A stretch of 64,000 nucleotides of DNA from a virus: positions 1 through 64,000 of the IMG/VR virus record IMGVR_UViG_3300018057_000010; one strand, given 5' to 3'. A program made the position numbers and the translations under genes. The notes beneath the pieces were generated by a model. It had not been told where the DNA came from. It did no database searches and saw nothing but the letters and a program-made list of their open reading frames with translations. Position 1 is the stretch's first letter. Every line of letters begins with the position of its first letter. Positions 55,983 to 64,000 of the stretch are shown here, piece after piece.

Positions 55983-57337
55983 GCAGTTTTCTCCGCTATG
56001 GTTTCGACAGCTTCCATGCGCTCCCCGATCCATCGCATGACCGGAACGGCCATGGAATTTCCGAGTGATCGATAGCGCGCCGAGTCCGAGGCCCAGCGAT
56101 TTTTGTGTTTAATCAGGGTGTAGTCATCAGGGAAACCCTGGAGTCTTTCGCATTCGATTGGCATCAGTCTTCGGACGGCCATCTGACTTTCGATATAGCT
56201 CCTGCTGCTGCCTCCGGATGCTGCGCGCATACTCGCTACCTCGTCGCATTCTGGCATCGCGCCACCCTCACGACCGCGTAAGTTTATGGCTACGGCCGGA
56301 TAACCCATTCCCGGTTTTCCGCCAGCACAAGAGAGCTGCATCGATACATCGCTGGTCCTGATTTCGCCGCGCTGGTTCTCCGCGAAGGCAACGGCATGCT
56401 GCTTTCCCGACTGGAGGGTAAACATCGGATCGCCTTCGTCTCCGATGCCGATGCCGCAACGCTGATCGTCGGTAGATCTGCCAGTGCGGGCGCCAGATTC
56501 GAGGATCGGCATGACCGTTATCAAGGCTTCGCTTGTGAAGTCCATTCGCCTCGATCCTGCGGAGTTGCAGGCGGGAGCGATGTCGATGGAACTGGATCTA
56601 TTGTTACCTCCGTAGGCAGTTGAAACGAGCAGGTTCCGGTCTGCATCTTGGCCTGTATAGGAGTTAGCTGTTGAGAGGGTTCCGGCAGTTGGGGGGTGGG
56701 GGACAACTCCTCCTTGTCGCTCAAAGCTTTGAGTGCGCGCTCTAATTGTTCCGGCAGTTTCTTGCGTCTTCTTGCGGCGCGGCGCAAAATTCCCGAGCAG
56801 GCTTTGGCGCTCAAAAAGTACCGCTGCGGCACGTCTCCAGTCACCAAAATATCCGACAACGAAGATGCGGCGGCGGCGTTGGGGAACTCCGAAGTATTGA
56901 GCGTCAAGAACTCGGTAGGCGAACCCATACCCGATGTCCCCCAGCTCCCCAAGGAAGGCGCCAAAGTCTCTTCCTTCGTTAACCGACAGGAGGCCGGGGA
57001 CGTTCTCCCACACCACCCACCGGGGCCGTGTTCGTTGAGCAAGTGCAAGGAATTCCTTGGCCAGGACACCACGGTTTCCATCCATTCCAGCTCGTGGTCC
57101 AGCGATGGAAAAGTCTTGGCAAGGAGTTCCTCCGACCAGAACATCGATTGAACCGGCATCGTCTTCTCCAATCATCCGGAAGTCGCCAAAGTTCGGGATA
57201 TCCGGATAGTGATGAGTTAAAAGAGAGCAGCAAAAGGGATCGATTTCCGAGAATGCGACCGGCTCCCAGCCAAGCACATTCCAAGCGACGGATGCGGCTT
57301 CGATCCCGGAGCAAACGGACAAATAGGAGAGCTTCAT
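55979..57337 (-). CDS. DNA cytosine-5 methyltransferase
   Basis: SVCSGI, GGTPCQDFS, ENVPG, PQRRRR, RRL.P.ECERLQGFP, LGNS. Confidence 0.95.
   Translation of the reverse strand: MKLSYLSVCSGIEAASVAWNVLGWEPVAFSEIDPFCCSLLTHHYPDIPNFGDFRMIGEDDAGSIDVLVGGTPCQDFSIAGPRAGMDGNRGVLAKEFLALAQRTRPRWVVWENVPGLLSVNEGRDFGAFLGELGDIGYGFAYRVLDAQYFGVPQRRRRIFVVGYFGDWRRAAAVLFERQSLLGNFAPRRKKTQETAGTIRARTQSFERQGGVVPHPPTAGTLSTANSYTGQDADRNLLVSTAYGGNNRSSSIDIAPACNSAGSRRMDFTSEALITVMPILESGARTGRSTDDQRCGIGIGDEGDPMFTLQSGKQHAVAFAENQRGEIRTSDVSMQLSCAGGKPGMGYPAVAINLRGREGGAMPECDEVASMRAASGGSSRSYIESQMAVRRLMPIECERLQGFPDDYTLIKHKNRWASDSARYRSLGNSMAVPVMRWIGERMEAVETIAEKTA
56521..57171 (-). CDS. Nested alternative-frame ORF, EcoHK31I beta-subunit-like
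   Basis: WGTSGM...NTSEFP...SLSDIL...YFLS.KAC.GILRRA..R.K.LP..L; 216-codon open frame inside MTase. Confidence 0.7.
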   Translation of the reverse strand: MEKTMPVQSMFWSEELLAKTFPSLDHELEWMETVVSWPRNSLHLLNEHGPGGWCGRTSPASCRLTKEETLAPSLGSWGTSGMGSPTEFLTLNTSEFPNAAAASSLSDILVTGDVPQRYFLSAKACSGILRRAARRRKKLPEQLERALKALSDKEELSPTPQLPEPSQQLTPIQAKMQTGTCSFQLPTEVTIDPVPSTSLPPATPQDRGEWTSQAKP

Positions 57338-57597
57338 TTGTCTTTCACTCCATAGAACATTCGGTGAAAAACCAGGGCGTCGATGGCCTGATTCTCGCGA
57401 ATTTGGAGAAGCGGAAGCCCTCTGCTACGCAGTTCTTCTTCCTTGTAGACGTCGAATCCTTTTGGCACCAGCAGCAATATTTCAATGACTTGCTGAAGGC
57501 CAGTGTGCTCCGAAAAGATGATTTTGAGAGCCTCTATGACGCCTTTTTTGGCGAAGAGTTCGTTCATTTCTTTTACCGTTGAATTGTCAGTAGTCAT
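57334..57597 (-). CDS. Hypothetical protein
   Basis: Coupled ORF. Confidence 0.55.
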   Translation of the reverse strand: MTTDNSTVKEMNELFAKKGVIEALKIIFSEHTGLQQVIEILLLVPKGFDVYKEEELRSRGLPLLQIRENQAIDALVFHRMFYGVKDK

Positions 57598-58007
57598 TGC
57601 ATTCTCCGGTGAGTTTTGATCCATTCCGCGATGTCTTCCGGCTTATAAGCGACCAGATAGAAGTGACCGTTATCGGTCACCCAATCGCGAAAACTGTGCT
57701 GAAATTTGCTAAGTTTTTTCCCTTCTTGCTTGCACTCGATCCAGAGGGGAACGGGGACGATATGCCCAAGATTTCCGACCTGCATGGTGGGCATAGCGAG
57801 GATGTCGGCCATGCCTTTGACGCCGAAGGCGACTTGCCGGAAGCCACCTTTTTTGTTCTGGAGGGCAAGGCTGCCGGTATTCATACGGACGGCCCAGATA
57901 TGTTCCGCCTGCAGGAAATCGAGGCAAGCATGGAGGACGTAACTTTCTGGAGTCCTCTTGCTATCGTTGGGCGAGTAGCGGATCTGGAGGCCGGAGTTGG
58001 AGTTCAT
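57594..58007 (-). CDS. VRR-NUC / PD-(D/E)XK nuclease (Holliday resolvase-like)
   Basis: RMNTG, G.ADI, WIECK..GK.LS..Q. Confidence 0.85.
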   Translation of the reverse strand: MNSNSGLQIRYSPNDSKRTPESYVLHACLDFLQAEHIWAVRMNTGSLALQNKKGGFRQVAFGVKGMADILAMPTMQVGNLGHIVPVPLWIECKQEGKKLSKFQHSFRDWVTDNGHFYLVAYKPEDIAEWIKTHRRMQ

Positions 58008-58201
58008 GGCAGGGCCTCCAGATCGTCAGCGAGTTTGGAAAGAAGGTCGAAGGCGCGGGAAATGAAGTTATGGCCGAGGTAGTCCGATTGTTGGACTTCC
58101 TGGTGGATGTCGTTCAGTTGGAGGCAAGCATCGCGGAGCAGCATATTGCGATCCTTCAGCTGCCCCGGCTCCGCTTTCGCCCCATAGAAACCAGCGTCCA
58201 T
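58004..58201 (-). CDS. Hypothetical protein
   Basis: GAGGT SD, 65 aa. Confidence 0.55.
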   Translation of the reverse strand: MDAGFYGAKAEPGQLKDRNMLLRDACLQLNDIHQEVQQSDYLGHNFISRAFDLLSKLADDLEALP

Positions 58202-58212
58202 ACGACCTCAAA

Positions 58213-59958
58213 TCACTGCAAAGATAGGTAGATCTGGTTACTACCAATTTCGTGTCCAAAGTAAGGTGTGGCCTCATTATCGGTAGTAGAAAAAAGTGCT
58301 TTATTTTCAGCTACATCAGAAGCCCGTCGACTGGCAATATCGATCAAATTCCCATCCATCCCTGCAACCGAGATCCAGAAACCGTCGATTCGAATCCGAA
58401 CATCCTTCCGGTTCTTCTCCGCATAGACGGCGACCTGAAACCCTACCCCAATAGAAGCAAGAAGTTTCCTTTTCGCTTCGTTATTCAGATAATCCCACTC
58501 AAGCAGAGGCTTCAACAGATCTAAGAATTTGTCCGTATCGACCGGTTCTTTGCGAGAAGTCATACCGTTCAACATACGCTTTGTTGCCTTCAGTTCTGCC
58601 TGCAACTTGTCGTCTTTTTCCGCGAAGACTTTTCTGTCGATTCTGCCATCGACATAGAGATCCTGGAGGCGATTAATCGAGCTTTCAAGGTTTGAGATCT
58701 CTTCTTCCAGAGCGCGGCGCTTCGAGGAGATTTCCTCTTCGGATTCCGAACCGATTTCGACCGAGAAGAGCTTCTCAACAAACTCTGGGTTCGCCAAGTT
58801 CTTAATCGCTTTATCGAGTTCCGTTTCGATCTTGTCCTTCGATACATTGGGGGATTTGCAAGCGAAGGGTTCCCCGGAAGCAGGGGTTATTGTCCGGCCA
58901 CGTTCGGCATTTCCGCAACGATAATAGAGGTAGGACAGGCTGTGGTTAGTAGTGTGCCTTTGCTTCTGGGTTTGCAAAAGACCACCGCAGAAGGAGCACC
59001 GCAACCGTCCACGATAAACGTACTGATCGTTCGTGCTCCACTTGCCTCGCGAAGTAGAAAACTCCTCGCGAATTTTCAGGATGCGTTGGACCTGTTCGAA
59101 AATCTCTTCGCTTATCGGCCCGCCATTTTCGAATCCAGCCAGCCTGATTCTTTCCTGTTCTTCTTGGTCGAAATACTTGAAACGCTGATACCGAAGCCTG
59201 CCATCTTCACGATAGACATTCAACTCTGGATCGACGGTTCTCCGTATAACGTTGTAGCCGGTATATACAGGATTTCTAAGAATGTATTGCACTCGGTCAC
59301 GGTTGAATCCAAGGTATCGTGCAATGCCAAGAATGTTCGTATTGCCGGAAATAAACTCGTTGAAAATCCACTTCACTTTCTCGATCTTGGCTTCGTCGAC
59401 GACTAGCTGTTTCGACTTCGGGTCTTTCTTGAATCCATAGGGAACATGGTCACCGCCTGTTACCCATTTCCCCGCCGACCGGAGGGATCTCCTGCCGGAA
59501 GTTGTCCTCTCGCGGATGACAGCGCGCTCGTGATCGGCCATGCCAAATTTCATCGACGCCCACAATCTTCCATGGGGAGTGCTGAAATCAATCACTCCGT
59601 CCGGGAGATAAATCTTGACGCCGTTCGTCTGGAGAATGCCGAGAACCATATAATCCCCAAAGGAGCCTGGACGAACCAATCTCGACTCTTCGCGCATGAT
59701 CACGCCATGGCATAAACCGGTCGCGCAGATCCTAAGCAGTTCTCTCATTCCCGGACTGCGCATTACCTGAGCGCCGCTTACGCCTTCGATCTCAATCGTC
59801 CATTTCACTTGGAGGTTGTACTCCGTTGCGATATCGCGGCAAGCTAATTTCTGAGCCGGGATGCCTCCACGGTCCTCTTCTGCCTGCTGCTCTGTCGATA
59901 CCCGAATCAGCTCAATCGCCGCCTTCTTCGGTTCAGCTTGCTTGTCTTTCGTTTTCAT
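58213..59958 (-). CDS. Large serine recombinase (integrase-like)
   Basis: IRVSTEQQ, EGVSG, SRL.R, PYGF, ILRNPVYTG, CSFCG..YYRC..C Zn ribbon, coiled coil. Confidence 0.93.
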   Translation of the reverse strand: MKTKDKQAEPKKAAIELIRVSTEQQAEEDRGGIPAQKLACRDIATEYNLQVKWTIEIEGVSGAQVMRSPGMRELLRICATGLCHGVIMREESRLVRPGSFGDYMVLGILQTNGVKIYLPDGVIDFSTPHGRLWASMKFGMADHERAVIRERTTSGRRSLRSAGKWVTGGDHVPYGFKKDPKSKQLVVDEAKIEKVKWIFNEFISGNTNILGIARYLGFNRDRVQYILRNPVYTGYNVIRRTVDPELNVYREDGRLRYQRFKYFDQEEQERIRLAGFENGGPISEEIFEQVQRILKIREEFSTSRGKWSTNDQYVYRGRLRCSFCGGLLQTQKQRHTTNHSLSYLYYRCGNAERGRTITPASGEPFACKSPNVSKDKIETELDKAIKNLANPEFVEKLFSVEIGSESEEEISSKRRALEEEISNLESSINRLQDLYVDGRIDRKVFAEKDDKLQAELKATKRMLNGMTSRKEPVDTDKFLDLLKPLLEWDYLNNEAKRKLLASIGVGFQVAVYAEKNRKDVRIRIDGFWISVAGMDGNLIDIASRRASDVAENKALFSTTDNEATPYFGHEIGSNQIYLSLQ

Positions 59959-60145
59959 CCCTTGGGTTCCTTGTTGCTGGATTCATCGCGAGGTATTCCC
60001 GCATGGCGTCGAGAGCTTCAACATCTTTACTCTCTTGCAGCAGAACTCTTATTTGGCGAAGTTGTTCTGTTCTCTGCGCGCCGATTTCCAGTAGTACCGT
60101 CGCAACGCCTTTAAGTGTACCTTGACTCGGTTTCTTAGTCGCCAT
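59933..60145 (-). CDS. Small protein overlapping recombinase start
   Basis: 70 aa. Confidence 0.55.
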   Translation of the reverse strand: MATKKPSQGTLKGVATVLLEIGAQRTEQLRQIRVLLQESKDVEALDAMREYLAMNPATRNPRDENERQAS

Positions 60146-60151
60146 AAATTT

Positions 60152-60484
60152 TTACCCAATTACTTCGTCGAGTGTCGGGATAATTAATCCTGGTACCGGA
60201 AATACAGTTCCGTGGCTGAGGTATCGCGTGAAAGCTTTATCGAGCTTTTTCCAGCTATAGCCTTTTACGAGATCCCACCATTCTTCGATGAGTTCCTCAT
60301 TTACCGGGCGGTTCCAAAACACCGCGCACTTGTACAGGAAGGCCGCCAGGAGCGCTCGCTTTTCCTGATCCTCCACTGAGCCATTTAGACAGATGTTCCC
60401 GATTATTCCTGTTGAGGCTTTCTGCTTGATCATGCTTTCCACCGACATCGAATTTCCTCCCATATCTATCGAGCGGGCTCTCAT
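60152..60484 (-). CDS. Probable helicase loader/inhibitor
   Basis: WW.LV..Y....L..AF..Y.....FP.PG pattern following rep gene; start uncertain. Confidence 0.5.
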   Translation of the reverse strand: MRARSIDMGGNSMSVESMIKQKASTGIIGNICLNGSVEDQEKRALLAAFLYKCAVFWNRPVNEELIEEWWDLVKGYSWKKLDKAFTRYLSHGTVFPVPGLIIPTLDEVIG

Positions 60485-61295
60485 AATAACTCATCAACCT
60501 GCGTATCCAATAGCGAATTGGTTCGCTATGAATAACCTCGCTGCGCGCTCTATGTTGCAGACATTGACGCCATTGTTCCTGAGTAAGCAAGGGAAAGTCG
60601 CGAAGGAATTCTTTTACTGCCTTGCCATCGATCTTGCCATTGAAAGGCATCTCTACGCCGGGATTTTTCGTATCCCAGTAAAGCTTTAAATCCTCACGAA
60701 TCGGATTCCAACGAAGATCGCGAGCTTCCTTCTCCTGTTTGGGCTTCGCTTCTTGCGAAGTCAAAACAAGGGGTTCTTCTGTTTTTCTATGTTCTTTCTT
60801 CTTGATATAAACATGGCGCCAATTTGGCGCTATCGATGACGTCAATTTGGCGCTATCGATGGCGCCATTCTGGCACGATGCATCGACCGCTTCTGGCGCA
60901 GCTAATTGCGTATTTGCTGGGATTTCTGCAGCTTGCTGCGTCAAGTTGGCGCCATGGTCGATTTGGTCTTCCAGCTGGTCCAGGCGCTCATAGTCGATGG
61001 TGTAATACTTTGTCCTATCCCATGAACTTCTGACGCCCTGGCGGGTCTTCAGCAGGCCCCGGCGCTCCAGGCTGAGAGCGATTCGCTGGATGGTTCTAGC
61101 GCTGCAATGGGTTAATTTTTCTCCCCACTCTTCGTAGGATCTGGATGTCCAAACGACTCCGTCTTCGACGAACTCTCTCCGATTGAGAAGGTAATGGACC
61201 TGTTGCAACAACAATGCTTCATTGACGCCGACTCTGCGAGCCAAGCTCGGCAAAACAAGCAGAGGAGCTTCCTCGATCAGTAACTTGCTAGACAT
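60297..61295 (-). CDS. Phage replication initiator (wHTH N-domain)
   Basis: LLIEE.PL.VLPSLA..VG.NEALLLQQVHY, SYEEW, DRTKYYTIDY. Confidence 0.85.
   Translation of the reverse strand: MSSKLLIEEAPLLVLPSLARRVGVNEALLLQQVHYLLNRREFVEDGVVWTSRSYEEWGEKLTHCSARTIQRIALSLERRGLLKTRQGVRSSWDRTKYYTIDYERLDQLEDQIDHGANLTQQAAEIPANTQLAAPEAVDASCQNGAIDSAKLTSSIAPNWRHVYIKKKEHRKTEEPLVLTSQEAKPKQEKEARDLRWNPIREDLKLYWDTKNPGVEMPFNGKIDGKAVKEFLRDFPLLTQEQWRQCLQHRARSEVIHSEPIRYWIRRLMSYYESPLDRYGRKFDVGGKHDQAESLNRNNREHLSKWLSGGSGKASAPGGLPVQVRGVLEPPGK
60775..60958. repeat. Probable replication origin: 23-bp iterons plus AT-rich tract inside rep gene
   Basis: ATGGCGCCAATTTGGCGCTATCG, ATGACGTCAATTTGGCGCTATCG, ATGGCGCCATTCTGGCACGATGC in tandem (60813-60881). 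Confidence 0.75.
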
Positions 61296-61328
61296 ATATG
61301 CCTCGGAATTAGGCAGGGGAAGTGAGAT

Positions 61329-61440
61329 AAAAATAGGGCCGGTCGCCATCCGGCCCTACCGCGTTGAGCTACCCAAGGGAGTGGGTTGCCGGATTAACAT
61401 CTAAGTTTGGAAACTTCGATGTTAAGGCCCTCCGGCAACT
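61329..61440 (-). promoter_or_regulatory. Structured leader plus terminator upstream of rep
   Basis: Long hairpin GTTGCCGGA..TTAACATC..GATGTTAA.TCCGGCAAC followed by TAGGGCCGG/CCGGCCCTA plus T-run. Confidence 0.65.
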
Positions 61441-61444
61441 AAGC

Positions 61445-61738
61445 TCAACGCAACTTAACAACTCTTCCGCCAGAAATCAATGACCTATTGAAAACCGGTC
61501 TTCTGGCGGAAGAGTCTAATTCGTGGCCCCAAATATCTTCGACCGTGACTTGAAAATAACGCGCTATGGCGATCGCCACGGGAAGCTTTGGATATTGTCC
61601 GGCCAGGATTAACGCCGCCGAGTTATAGCTGACTCCAAACTGGCTCGCAAACTCGCGTACGCTCATTTTATTGAAGCGCACCATGCGCTGCAGCGGATCT
61701 AGTCCTGGTTCGTCCCATGGTTGATTTTTGAATTTCAT
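61445..61738 (-). CDS. XRE/Cro-like HTH regulator
   Basis: MSVREFASQFGVS..P....AIAIARYF.V.VEDIW. Confidence 0.85.
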   Translation of the reverse strand: MKFKNQPWDEPGLDPLQRMVRFNKMSVREFASQFGVSYNSAALILAGQYPKLPVAIAIARYFQVTVEDIWGHELDSSARRPVFNRSLISGGRVVKLR

Positions 61739-62029
61739 CTACTGAATTGTCGGTGCTTCTTCTGCGTTTGTCTTTACTATTTTGGCTCCTTCGATACGCG
61801 CCAGAATGTAAATGAGATCCTTCTTTTCCAATCCGTTTAAAATAAGGGCTATGGCGTCAAGAATACAGCTTTCGCATCCTTTTTGGAAGGTTTCCAGGTA
61901 CGATCCCGGCTCGTCCAGGTTCCTTTGTATTCCAGCCACAAAGACTGCATGGTACCCGAGTTTGTCTATGACGGTCTCCATTTCCCGCTGGAATTCGTCG
62001 GATTTTTTGTTCGCTTTTTTCGTAGCCAT
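61739..62029 (-). CDS. Hypothetical protein
   Basis: Start MATKKANK. Confidence 0.55.
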   Translation of the reverse strand: MATKKANKKSDEFQREMETVIDKLGYHAVFVAGIQRNLDEPGSYLETFQKGCESCILDAIALILNGLEKKDLIYILARIEGAKIVKTNAEEAPTIQ

Positions 62030-62067
62030 TAATTTTCCCATCCCTTGAGAGGTTGATGGTAATCGAT

Positions 62068-62415
62068 CTAATTCATCTTTGAAATGTCCTCCACTTCCGG
62101 AGGAAACTCTCCCTGCGTTGTCTCCCCGAAAATATCGGCGTGCCTTGTCAGAAATTCGGTTGCATACAACAAATCCGTCTTTTCGTAATCTTCCATTTTG
62201 ATTAAATGCGCTGCATGAGCGAGAGCTGTGCATTTCTCGCAGCCGCCCGAGATCTTCCCTACGACAGGGATATCGGTATGACTGGATCTTGGCGCTAAAT
62301 AACAAAGAAATGCGTGGATCTCATATTGTGCCGCCAACAGCTTTAGTTGTTTCATGAAGGCAATCAGCCTGTTTTGATCCTGCTTGGCTATGTCGGGAAT
62401 TCCTGATTCGCTCAT
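62068..62415 (-). CDS. Hypothetical protein
   Basis: 115 aa, GGGAG SD. Confidence 0.6.
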   Translation of the reverse strand: MSESGIPDIAKQDQNRLIAFMKQLKLLAAQYEIHAFLCYLAPRSSHTDIPVVGKISGGCEKCTALAHAAHLIKMEDYEKTDLLYATEFLTRHADIFGETTQGEFPPEVEDISKMN

Positions 62416-62597
62416 AACTCTCCCTTGGTGATTAAGATGGGAGAAATCATACCAGCTGATGGAAACTCGGATCGGAGAAATTCAGGGAAGGGATCGGCCT
62501 CCTGAAAATCGACTACTTTCCGTTCTATAGAATCGCGTTTTACCGGATTACAGACAACGGAGCTTTCGTTCGTCTCTTCAGGAGGCCCACAAGCTGG

Positions 62598-62930
62598 TTA
62601 TTTCTTCTCTGCCTTAGCAGGTTCCTGCGTCGTATGCATGAACTTCCTGCTCTGGTAATCGTAATAATAATCCTTACCCCAGCCACGATTCACTTGAATA
62701 GAAAGAACGGCATTCTGTAGCGCGAGCTGCGCCTTTTCGACGTCCTGCCAGCGAACGAGAAGCACAGTCTCTTCTTCCTGAGATAGGGAGACGGGAGCAG
62801 GCGCGGAGCCAGCTTTTGCCACTGGAGGCGCTGCGGGTTGCTCTTGTTTGTTCTGGGTAAAGGCCGGAGACGCCAGCGCGATGATTACGACCGCCCCGGC
62901 AAAAAGGGACGTCCAATTCACTATCTTCAT
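62598..62930 (-). CDS. Secreted small protein
   Basis: Signal peptide ...LASPAFT|Q. Confidence 0.65.
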   Translation of the reverse strand: MKIVNWTSLFAGAVVIIALASPAFTQNKQEQPAAPPVAKAGSAPAPVSLSQEEETVLLVRWQDVEKAQLALQNAVLSIQVNRGWGKDYYYDYQSRKFMHTTQEPAKAEKK

Positions 62931-63211
62931 TTGCTCTCCTCAAGTTTTTCCGCGACATACTGATACACCTGCCCCAGCGTTCGCAGCTTTTCGAAATCGG
63001 CCTCGTCTGTTTCGATTTCGAACTCGTCTTCCAATTCGAAGAGGACAAATTCGCAATCGAGAGAGTCGGCGCCAAGGTCTTTTACGATCTCCGCTTCCGG
63101 AGTCAGCTGATTGGAGCTCAAGTGGTGAAGCTGCTTTATGACGATCAAGTCGATCTTGTCTTTAAGCTCTTTCATGGCCTCAGGATCGGAAGTGATGGGT
63201 TTGTTCTTCAT
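62927..63211 (-). CDS. acpP: Acyl carrier protein
   Basis: DLGADSLD phosphopantetheine motif, LEDEFEIE, acidic 94 aa. Confidence 0.9.
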   Translation of the reverse strand: MKNKPITSDPEAMKELKDKIDLIVIKQLHHLSSNQLTPEAEIVKDLGADSLDCEFVLFELEDEFEIETDEADFEKLRTLGQVYQYVAEKLEESK

Positions 63212-63938
63212 ACGTCGACACTCCTGGATAATTCAGGCCTCCCTGATATTGGGTGGCTTGCTTGTCGAGCCAAGCCTGATCGATCTTTACCGCCTGGATG
63301 GGCACGCTGCCGGCCGCAATCCCTTTGATTAGCAGCGTGGGATCGTTGACCTGAGCATGCCACTTCCTGCGATGGACCGAGCCAGGGGATTTCTTTGGAA
63401 TCGAAGCCTGCACAATGACTGGAGGCGCCAACTCTTCGCTGTCCAATAATCGGACTGCTTCCTCTTTGTAGCCCTCCTGGTCCAGTTCGATGGCGCGTTC
63501 CAAACGGCGTTCCTGCTCCGCTTTCGCTACCGCTTCTCGTGCAATCTTTTCTGCTGCCTGCCTCTGGCGCTCCTGCTCCGCTTCGAAGATAGAGACTTGA
63601 ACGCTAAGGTGATTCTTGGCGGCGTTAACAAGTCCGGCGTCGAGTTTCTCATTGTCGAGCACGATTTTCTTTGCGGCGTCGAAGACCTGTTTTACTGGCT
63701 TATAAAACTCTGTGACCTTGCCAGAGAGCGCCTGTAACATGCTGCCCATTCCGACAGCTTCTTGATAAGTGAAAAGGTTCGTAACTTCGTATTGTTTTGC
63801 TGAGACGACAACCGGCAAGAACTCAGCGCGCAGCTGTTGCCTTTGTCGCGCATATGCCCCATCCGGAGCTTCTATCTGGCCCTTGAGAACGGTGACCAGC
63901 CCATATTGATCCGTTTCCTCTGGCATGAAATCCCTCAC
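63180..63938 (-). CDS. Coiled-coil phage protein (recombination-module associated)
   Basis: 252 aa; long helix and C-terminal W...V.D....PGV. Confidence 0.55.
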   Translation of the reverse strand: MRDFMPEETDQYGLVTVLKGQIEAPDGAYARQRQQLRAEFLPVVVSAKQYEVTNLFTYQEAVGMGSMLQALSGKVTEFYKPVKQVFDAAKKIVLDNEKLDAGLVNAAKNHLSVQVSIFEAEQERQRQAAEKIAREAVAKAEQERRLERAIELDQEGYKEEAVRLLDSEELAPPVIVQASIPKKSPGSVHRRKWHAQVNDPTLLIKGIAAGSVPIQAVKIDQAWLDKQATQYQGGLNYPGVSTYEEQTHHFRS

Positions 63939-64000
63939 TGAATGACGATTTGGACGGTGCCGGATATTTCTATCGTTTGGTGGGAACTAGCGTCTTCGAA

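Larger units (their letters stand above)
1..64000 (-). mobile_element. Temperate podovirus-like phage/prophage; window lies entirely inside it
   Basis: TerL, portal, scaffold, capsid, adaptor-like genes, endolysin, replication module and large serine recombinase present; no tape measure or sheath seen; no host genes. Confidence 0.9.

Noticed and set aside
1-64000. tRNA/rRNA genes and attL/attR
   Set aside because: No cloverleaf, rRNA or host junction recognised by eye; tRNAscan-SE is needed to exclude tRNAs formally

Overview
The whole 64 kb window is phage-like, with no recognisable host housekeeping genes. It looks like a large temperate podovirus-type (pro)phage, and nearly all genes lie on the minus strand. 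In transcription order the modules are: replication (HTH regulator, replication initiator with internal iterons, loader, large serine recombinase, VRR-NUC nuclease, C5 DNA methyltransferase, DnaB, HNH, plus an acyl carrier protein); a remote module of lipoprotein, cysteine peptidase and signal-peptide-bearing fibre genes (45-53 kb); a regulatory island with a small serine resolvase (39.6-45.2 kb); a block of small early-type genes interrupted by an IS66 with a perfect 8-bp TSD (31.4-39.5 kb); accessory genes (GH108 endolysin, macrodomain, triple C2H2 protein, Tat substrate); and the head-tail module (TerS, TerL, portal, scaffold, capsid, three adaptor-like paralogues, truncated tail gene). An Acidobacteriota-like diderm host is an inference from signal-peptide style only. 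The most unusual signals are: (1) 13 covarying cGNAg/cGNNAg mini-hairpins confined to late-operon intergenic spaces; (2) three fibre-like proteins sharing a repeat and all carrying Sec signal peptides; (3) a covarying WACCR-loop hairpin in front of six early-gene RBSs; (4) a second copy of the replication iterons 23 kb from the origin, together with an 8-mer array and a resolvase, hinting at plasmid-like maintenance; (5) two promoter-leader-terminator attenuators gating the late genes. All product calls come from motif recognition; no database search was run.
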